Of a stretch of DNA of 64,000 nt, positions 58,085 through 64,000 are shown in pieces (position 1 is the stretch's first letter; every line of letters starts with the position of its first letter). Both the position numbers and the translations under genes were made by a program. This DNA is from Candidatus Saccharimonadota bacterium (GTDB lineage Bacteria > Patescibacteriota > Saccharimonadia > Saccharimonadales > VXPC01). The stretch lies in NCBI GenBank assembly GCA_026707815.1, contig JAPOWB010000009.1:6752-70751 (forward strand). The letters run 5' to 3'. The notes below the pieces were generated by a model. The model searched no databases. It saw only the letters and a list, made by a program, of their open reading frames with translations, and was not told where the DNA came from.

Positions 58085-59038
58085 TTAATTACTTGTGCAA
58101 CCAAGACCATCTTTATTAGCATCTAACTTGTAGGGATCAATATTGATTTGTTTGACAATAACTGAAGTTTCAATGTCTTTGCAGTTGAGATCCCCAACAA
58201 TAGGTAAGCATGGCTCATAGGCTGGATGACAATCACCTAAGTAGGGGATTGAACTAAATTCCGGATTGTCTGGGGTTGAAATTTGATTATCTTGACAAGA
58301 TTGGGGATGCCATAAGCCCAGTTGCGACAATTGAGCTTGCCGTTGAGCATCCTTAAATTGCGTTTGATACTTGTAAGGAATTTTATAAGTGTATTCATGA
58401 GCATATCCTTGTTTAATCATTTCCAAATTATAATGAAAACCACTTTTTAAAAAGACATATCTGAGTAGTCGACCATATCTATCTCTTTGACCTTGACTAG
58501 GATCAGATTCTAAATAAACAAATTTATTTAATAATAATTGCTTAGCTTTGGTTGAGGCTTCTAAGCCAAAACACTCAACTGGTTTGCGAGGATCAACTGT
58601 CTCTGGAGTATCGAGTCCGATTAATCGCAATCTTTCAATCTGATCATCTATTAAAACATCAATGGTATCGCCATCGACAACTTTCATCACTTGATAATAT
58701 TGATTATTGTCTACCGAACGAGATGACAATGAGGATGCAGTCAAAGACATATCTGAATCTATTAAGTTTTCAGAATCTGTTGAATTAGTTTGATTATCTA
58801 AGTCTATTGAGGGCGGGGAGCTTGGATTGAATGAGATATTATCTAGATTATTAGATTCTGAAATCGGAACAATTGCCGGAATATTCCTTCCTTCATCTGA
58901 ATTACCTTTATTCGATGATTGCTTAAAATTAAAACCCAGCAGAAAAATAGTGATAAGCAGAATTATTAAGCTAATAGCAATTAATTTGAATTGCTCTGAG
59001 ATAATTTGATTAAACCAATTTTTTATTCGTTGCAACAT
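58085..59038 (-). CDS. secreted/anchored staphylococcal-nuclease-like thermonuclease with C-terminal Excalibur Ca-binding motif
   Basis: TM/signal anchor. SNase blocks VVDGDTIDV, RLIGLDTPE and RYGRLLRYVF. C-terminal DANKDGLGC matches DxDxDGxxC. Confidence 0.85.
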   Translation of the reverse strand: MLQRIKNWFNQIISEQFKLIAISLIILLITIFLLGFNFKQSSNKGNSDEGRNIPAIVPISESNNLDNISFNPSSPPSIDLDNQTNSTDSENLIDSDMSLTASSLSSRSVDNNQYYQVMKVVDGDTIDVLIDDQIERLRLIGLDTPETVDPRKPVECFGLEASTKAKQLLLNKFVYLESDPSQGQRDRYGRLLRYVFLKSGFHYNLEMIKQGYAHEYTYKIPYKYQTQFKDAQRQAQLSQLGLWHPQSCQDNQISTPDNPEFSSIPYLGDCHPAYEPCLPIVGDLNCKDIETSVIVKQINIDPYKLDANKDGLGCTSN

Positions 59039-59134
59039 TCTTGACTAATGTTTTTTTTGGAATTATTCTCTTAATTTCATTCTATAGATTTAAAAATTGT
59101 ATAGTAAAAATTATATGATACAAACATCTCACAA

Positions 59135-59162
59135 TTGACTTCAAATTCAATGGAGACATAAT
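59135..59162 (+). promoter_or_regulatory. candidate promoter for rplJL (TTGACT-16-CATAAT)
   Basis: TTGACT at 59135-59140 and CATAAT at 59157-59162. Confidence 0.35.
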
Positions 59163-59164
59163 CA

Positions 59165-59237
59165 CCTTGCAATTTAAGATGTAATCAGATAGACTTTGAA
59201 ATTAGTGCAAGGAGCTAGAGACAGTGTCTAGGTTTTT
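59165..59237 (+). promoter_or_regulatory. candidate structured rplJ leader (long hairpin plus terminator-like hairpin)
   Basis: CCTTGCA at 59165-59171 pairs with TGCAAGG at 59206-59212. It is followed by the CTAGAGAC-AGT-GTCTAG hairpin and a T5 run at 59233-59237. Confidence 0.3.
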
Positions 59238-59334
59238 CTTATATAAGAGAAGGACTTTTAAATATGGCATCGAAGCTTGATTATCTCCTTAATTAATATT
59301 TATTTAAAAAAACTAGTTTAAAGTATTTGCCACA

Positions 59335-59859
59335 ATGGCTATCAGTCGTTCTCAAAAAGAAACCATCATTGAGGAAGTTAAAAACTTATTCCGAACTTCT
59401 AAGCTAACTGTTCTGGTTTATTATGAAGGTTTGACTGTTTCTGAATTTCAAAATTTAAGAAGTCAGGCTCGAAAGTCTGAGGTTACTTTGAAAGTAATTA
59501 AAAACAGGTTAGTCAAACAAGCTTTAAAACAATCAGCTAAAACTGACTCTGTCGTTGCTGACCAATTAAAGGGAATGTTGCTTTATGTTTTTAGTTCGTC
59601 TGATGAAATTATTGGAGCTCAAATCATTAAAAATTTTGCTAAAACCTCAAAAGCTAATTTAGATTTTGTGGGAGCAATTTCTGAAGCTGGTAATTTTCTA
59701 GCTAAAGAGCAGGTTGCTCAATTAGCTAATTTAGCTCCCAAACCTCAATTGATAGCTCAGACAGGTGCATATTTATTGAGTCCTTTGACTCAATTGCAAA
59801 ATATATTAGCTGGGAGATTACCCCAGTTATTGAATAATCTTAAGTTAAATAAAATTTAA
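59335..59859 (+). CDS. rplJ: 50S ribosomal protein L10
   Basis: 174-aa L10-like N-terminus (SRSQKETIIEEVKNLF...). Followed by rplL. Confidence 0.9.
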   Translation: MAISRSQKETIIEEVKNLFRTSKLTVLVYYEGLTVSEFQNLRSQARKSEVTLKVIKNRLVKQALKQSAKTDSVVADQLKGMLLYVFSSSDEIIGAQIIKNFAKTSKANLDFVGAISEAGNFLAKEQVAQLANLAPKPQLIAQTGAYLLSPLTQLQNILAGRLPQLLNNLKLNKI

Positions 59860-59888
59860 AATAATAGATTTCAGGAGGTCTAAATTTT

Positions 59889-60287
59889 ATGAATAAAACT
59901 ACAAAAACTGATTTAAAAAAATTAGCTGAACAACTAATTAATTTAAGCGTCATTGAGGTCAATGATTTAAATCAAATCTTAAAGGATGATTATGGTATTG
60001 AGGCTATGGCAGCTCCAGTAGCTACTGCTCCTAGTTCGTCTTCGGATTCTGAATCAGCAACTGGAGGAGAAGAAAAACAGCAATTCAGTGTTCTATTGAA
60101 AGATGCTGGTGAACAGAAAATAGCTATCATCAAAGCTGTCAAAGAATTATTGGAAATGCCTTTGGGTGAAGCAAAAACTTTAGTCGAAGGTACGCCAGCC
60201 ACTATTAAAGAAGCTGTAGCTAAAGCAGAGGCTGAAGAAATTAAATCTGAATTAGAAAAGAAAGGAGCGGTGGTTGATCTAGTCTAA
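59889..60287 (+). CDS. rplL: 50S ribosomal protein L7/L12
   Basis: Ala/Ser hinge followed by the C-terminal domain KIAIIKAVKELLEMPLGEAKTLVEG... Confidence 0.95.
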   Translation: MNKTTKTDLKKLAEQLINLSVIEVNDLNQILKDDYGIEAMAAPVATAPSSSSDSESATGGEEKQQFSVLLKDAGEQKIAIIKAVKELLEMPLGEAKTLVEGTPATIKEAVAKAEAEEIKSELEKKGAVVDLV

Positions 60288-60376
60288 AGATCAATCAGAC
60301 CTCGGTTTGTATTTTAAGATATAAATGCTAGAATGTAATCTAGTCTTTAAGAAACATATGCGAGAAAAATAAAAAG

Positions 60377-60886
60377 ATGGCTGAGATACCAGATAAACAG
60401 CTAGAGAGATTTAGAAATTTAGTTGGCAAAGCTAATACGGCTTTACAGGCAGCTGAAGAATTATTGACCAGCATCATTGGTGATGATTTTCAGGGCATGG
60501 ATACTCAGAGACTTGAAGAAGCGGGCAAGGTTATTGAGGGAGTCTTCAATGGTCAAAACATGGTTGCCGATGATGGCAAAATTTTTCCAATTCAGGCTAA
60601 TTATGCCAGTAAGTCTCGTTTAGTTCAGGGTGACCGTATGAAACTAACGATTAGTGATAATGGTTCATTTACATATAAGCAAATCGGACCGATTGAGAGA
60701 ACTCAGGTCATTGGATTATTATCCTTACAGGATGGTCGCTATTATGTTCAAGTTGGCAGTAAACGTTATCAAGTTCTCATTGCCAGTGTGACACACCATA
60801 AAGTTAAACAAGGTGATCAGATTAGCATCACCATTCCTCAAGACAATCCAGATGCTGAATGGGCAGCTATTGAATCTCCTTTATAG
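60377..60886 (+). CDS. hypothetical protein
   Basis: 169-aa ORF with ATG start. No motif recognised. Confidence 0.6.
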   Translation: MAEIPDKQLERFRNLVGKANTALQAAEELLTSIIGDDFQGMDTQRLEEAGKVIEGVFNGQNMVADDGKIFPIQANYASKSRLVQGDRMKLTISDNGSFTYKQIGPIERTQVIGLLSLQDGRYYVQVGSKRYQVLIASVTHHKVKQGDQISITIPQDNPDAEWAAIESPL

Positions 60887-61069
60887 ATTCAAATGTTTTT
60901 AGGCAAGTAGGTATTTTTTTGCAAGAGATAGCAAGGGGTAATTTTCAGTCCCTCGCCTGCATGTGTAATACTTGTTAAGAAACCAGTGTAAAAGTTTTGT
61001 AAAACTGTTCTTTAGCAACCTTGCTGACATATTCAACTAATATAATAGATATACTAATCACTGAATATT

Positions 61070-62047
61070 ATGAGTTTAGTCCTATATCGTAAATATCGCC
61101 CCAAAAATTTAGATGAAATTGTCGCCCAAAAAGGTATCGTAACCGTCTTAAAAGCTGCTCTAAAACGCCAAAGTTTAGGGCATGCTATTTTATTGACTGG
61201 TCCTAGAGGTATTGGCAAGACTAGTTTAGCTCGTATCTTGGCTCATAAATTGAATCAGATTGATTATTCTTTAGATCAAACACCTATAGATATTATCGAA
61301 ATTGACGCTGCTAGTAATGGGCGGATTGATGAGGTCAGAGATTTAAGAGAGAAAATCAAATTAATGCCTTTGGAACTAAAATATAAGATTTACATTATTG
61401 ATGAAGTTCACATGCTTACTAAAGAGGCTTTCAATGGTCTACTGAAAACCTTGGAAGAACCACCTCAACATGTCATCTTTATCTTGGCCACTACGGAAAT
61501 GCATAAAGTTCCAGCAACCATCATTAGTCGCTGTCAACATTTCAACTTACGTCTAATTTCTGATCAAGAAATCTCTGAACACTTAAGCCAAATTGCTAAG
61601 AAAGAAAAAATAGATATTACTGATTCGGCTGTGGCTAGCTTGGCCCAAGTTGCTCGGGGTAGTCTAAGAGATGCTTTGAGTCTTTTAGATCAATTAGCTA
61701 CCTTAAACAAAACAATCGACCAAGATCTTATAGAACATATTTTAGGTTTACCACCACAGGATTTAACCCTAGAATTACTAAAAACTATTAAAAATGATGA
61801 TTTTCAAAAGGTTATGGAATGCTATCAGAAATTAATGGCTCAAGGAGTAGATGCGGTATTATTGGCTCACCAACTGGCTTATCACCTCAGATTAGAATTG
61901 CAAAAACTTGATAATAAACAAGCCATTGGGCGAATTCTTCTTTTATTGGAAGACCTACTATTAATCTTTCAAGCTCATCAACCTCAGACCAGTCTAGAAA
62001 TTATTTTACTCAAGCATACTCAATCAGGAATAAAAATGAAGTCATGA
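61070..62047 (+). CDS. dnaX: DNA polymerase III gamma/tau subunit, short form
   Basis: GPRGIGKTSLARI, IIDEVHMLTKEAFNGLLKTLEEPP and SRCQHF. At 325 aa it has no long tau tail. Confidence 0.9.
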   Translation: MSLVLYRKYRPKNLDEIVAQKGIVTVLKAALKRQSLGHAILLTGPRGIGKTSLARILAHKLNQIDYSLDQTPIDIIEIDAASNGRIDEVRDLREKIKLMPLELKYKIYIIDEVHMLTKEAFNGLLKTLEEPPQHVIFILATTEMHKVPATIISRCQHFNLRLISDQEISEHLSQIAKKEKIDITDSAVASLAQVARGSLRDALSLLDQLATLNKTIDQDLIEHILGLPPQDLTLELLKTIKNDDFQKVMECYQKLMAQGVDAVLLAHQLAYHLRLELQKLDNKQAIGRILLLLEDLLLIFQAHQPQTSLEIILLKHTQSGIKMKS

Positions 62048-63420
62048 ATCAAAAAACTACTCCCAAGCAACCTCAAGATATCCAAGCCGAAGCCGCCTTG
62101 CTGGGTTCAATTTTATTAAATCCTCTAGCTATTGTTGAAATAGATGATTTAGTCCAATCAATAGATTTCTTCGATAAAAAACATGAATATATTTATCAGG
62201 CAGCTTTGTCTGTTTATCAGGAGGGTAAAGAGGTAGATATTTTAACAGTCGGCAGTCAATTAAAAAATAGCAAGAAATTTAGTTCAATCGGAGGCAATGA
62301 TTATCTCAATCAATTGATCAATATTGTACCAACAGCAGCCCATATTAAAAGTTATGCCCAGATCATCATCAGTAAAGCCCGACGAAGGGGCTTAATTAAA
62401 GCTTCTCAATCCTTAAATGAATTAGCCTTTGATGAAAATAAAAATCTCGATCAAATTATAGAAGAGGCTGAATTAAGCTTATTTAATATTTCTCGGCAGC
62501 ATGTTGAACAAAATGTTCTCCGTCTCCAAGAGATCATGGCTGAGAGTTTTGAACAACTCAAACAAGCTCGAGAGAATAAGACAGCTCTTAGAGGTTTGTC
62601 GTCTGGTTTCTCTAATTTAGACAACTTCTTGGCTGGTTTTCAAAAAAGCGATTTGATTATTATTGCTGCTCGACCAGGAATGGGTAAAACTGGTTTCGCC
62701 TTGAATCTAGCCTATAATATTGCTTTTAATATTGAATCTAAACAACAAAACACTGTTCTTTATTTCTCATTAGAAATGAGCAACGATCAACTCTTGGATA
62801 GACTATTATCAATGCATACTGGCATTGACAACTGGCAATTAAGAACTCGCCATCTCAGAGATAGTGATTTTCATAAAATTGAACAAGCTCAATCTGAATT
62901 AGCTAAGGCAGATCTTTATATTGATGACACACCGGGTTTAAATATTAGTGAGATACGCACCAAAACTCGGAGGTTGAACTATAAACAGCCAGTCGACTTA
63001 GTAGTCGTTGACTATTTGCAATTAATGAGAGGATTAAATCCTGGCCCGACCGAAAATCGAGTAGCAGAAATTACTGAAATCAGTCGAAGTCTCAAACTCC
63101 TAGCCAAAGAATTGAACATCCCTGTTATTGCTCTTTCTCAATTAAGTAGACAAACAGAAACTCGTGAAAGTAAACAACCAGCTTTAGCTGATTTGAGAGA
63201 TAGTGGAGCAATTGAACAGGATGCCGATATTGTGGCCTTCCTCTACAGAGAAGAATACTATAATCCTGATTTAGAAGATAAGAAAGGATTATTGGAATTT
63301 CAAGTCAAAAAACACCGTAATGGTCCTGTTGGAAAAATCACCTTTTACTTCAATAAAGAAATTCAACGTTATTTGGTGCTAGATAAAGAATCCATGCAAC
63401 CAGCTGACATTAAAAAATAA
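62044..63420 (+). CDS. dnaB: replicative DNA helicase DnaB
   Basis: N-terminus AEAALLGSILLNP, Walker A ARPGMGKTGFALN, and LSQLSRQTE. Confidence 0.95.
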   Translation: MNQKTTPKQPQDIQAEAALLGSILLNPLAIVEIDDLVQSIDFFDKKHEYIYQAALSVYQEGKEVDILTVGSQLKNSKKFSSIGGNDYLNQLINIVPTAAHIKSYAQIIISKARRRGLIKASQSLNELAFDENKNLDQIIEEAELSLFNISRQHVEQNVLRLQEIMAESFEQLKQARENKTALRGLSSGFSNLDNFLAGFQKSDLIIIAARPGMGKTGFALNLAYNIAFNIESKQQNTVLYFSLEMSNDQLLDRLLSMHTGIDNWQLRTRHLRDSDFHKIEQAQSELAKADLYIDDTPGLNISEIRTKTRRLNYKQPVDLVVVDYLQLMRGLNPGPTENRVAEITEISRSLKLLAKELNIPVIALSQLSRQTETRESKQPALADLRDSGAIEQDADIVAFLYREEYYNPDLEDKKGLLEFQVKKHRNGPVGKITFYFNKEIQRYLVLDKESMQPADIKK

Positions 63421-63440
63421 AATTAAAGAGAAAACAATTG

Positions 63441-64000
63441 ATGTATAAAAAATTTATTCTTTATCAACAAAGAATAAAAATTCTGTGGCAGACAACTTAT
63501 TTCCCGCCTTATAATTTTGGACTTGGTCTAAGCCTGATGTTAGCAGGTTGGTTTATCATACTGTCAGTTTTATTGTTTTGGGGACTTGATTATGGTGGCT
63601 TATTAGCAGGTCATAGCCCCGAAGAGCAGACAGTATTAGACATTACAGCCAATTTTCCAAATATTTTAGAGAATTTCATTTACTGGCCATATTACTTACT
63701 GGTTTATCTCTTGAGATTCCTCGCAGATGACGGCATCCTAGTTATCCGAATGCTTAATGGAATATTCATGTTGATAGCTTCAGGAAGCTTATTATTCTTA
63801 CTGAGAAAACTAAACCTCAGTCTAAGGCTGAGTCTACTAGTTGCCAGTTTATTTGTCTGTAATTCTTGGATTTTACAATTAGCTAGATTAGGCACTCCGC
63901 ACATTCAAATATTGACTAGCATCTTATTGTTTTTAGTTTTAATGAGTTTATTTAGATCAGGAATAAGAAATAGATGGATAAAAATAGGTCTGTTATCTGT
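63441..64000 (+). CDS. polytopic membrane protein, 3' end outside window (possibly GT-C-type glycosyltransferase)
   Basis: Hand-translated from the ATG at 63441 to the window edge without a stop. Several hydrophobic helices. The functional guess is weak. Confidence 0.55.
   Translation, partial: MYKKFILYQQRIKILWQTTYFPPYNFGLGLSLMLAGWFIILSVLLFWGLDYGGLLAGHSPEEQTVLDITANFPNILENFIYWPYYLLVYLLRFLADDGILVIRMLNGIFMLIASGSLLFLLRKLNLSLRLSLLVASLFVCNSWILQLARLGTPHIQILTSILLFLVLMSLFRSGIRNRWIKIGLLS

Noticed and set aside
60887-61069. Considered an SRP (4.5S/scRNA) gene upstream of dnaX, as in Bacillus.
   Set aside because: A long-range AGCAAGG/CCTTGCT pairing exists. However, I could not find the conserved domain IV features (GNAR tetraloop flanked by AGCA/GGA-type loops). 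This needs a covariance-model scan and is not callable by eye.

Overview
AT-rich bacterial window read in the standard genetic code. By eye it is mid-30s % GC, and TGA is used as a genuine stop. All calls come from reading the ORF track and the raw sequence; no database search was run. About two thirds of the window is translation, transcription and replication core. In order: recG (5' end off-window), rpoB-rpoC, rpsL-rpsG-fusA, tuf, a contiguous rplC...rplO-secY block, infA-rpmJ-rpsM-rpsK-rpsD-rpoA-rplQ, rplM-rpsI, trpS, a RluA-type pseudouridine synthase, holB, rpmG-rpsJ, secE-nusG-rplK-rplA, rplJ-rplL and dnaX-dnaB, plus four tRNAs (Tyr-GUA, Thr-UGU, Thr-GGU, Trp-CCA). There is no L30 gene between rpsE and rplO, and many ribosomal proteins carry Lys-rich tails. 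Both fit a CPR/Patescibacteria-like (possibly Saccharibacteria-like) organism, but that is inference only. The main finding is that almost every junction between conserved operons holds an accessory cassette. (1) Two antisense genes lie between fusA and tuf. (2) The rpsJ slot after tuf is empty, and rpsJ sits between rpmG and tRNA-Trp. (3) A GIY-YIG/T5orf172 gene plus an orphan gene, preceded by a G11 tract, lie between secY and infA where adk-map normally sit. (4) A paralogous surface-protein locus lies between tRNA-Tyr and tRNA-Thr, with a truncated inverted paralog copy and a (TAGA)8.5 microsatellite at one promoter. (5) A GC-rich foreign cassette starts at the 3' end of tRNA-Trp: a P-loop ATPase with a nuclease-like tail and two divergent Fic genes fused to DNA-binding domains. 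It is followed by a YD-repeat cassette, guaC, an orphan promoter-terminator unit and a PIF1-kinase-DUF45 cluster. (6) An M15 peptidase and a secreted SNase/Excalibur nuclease lie between rplA and rplJ. I found no CRISPR array, rRNA, integrase, transposase or reverse transcriptase.
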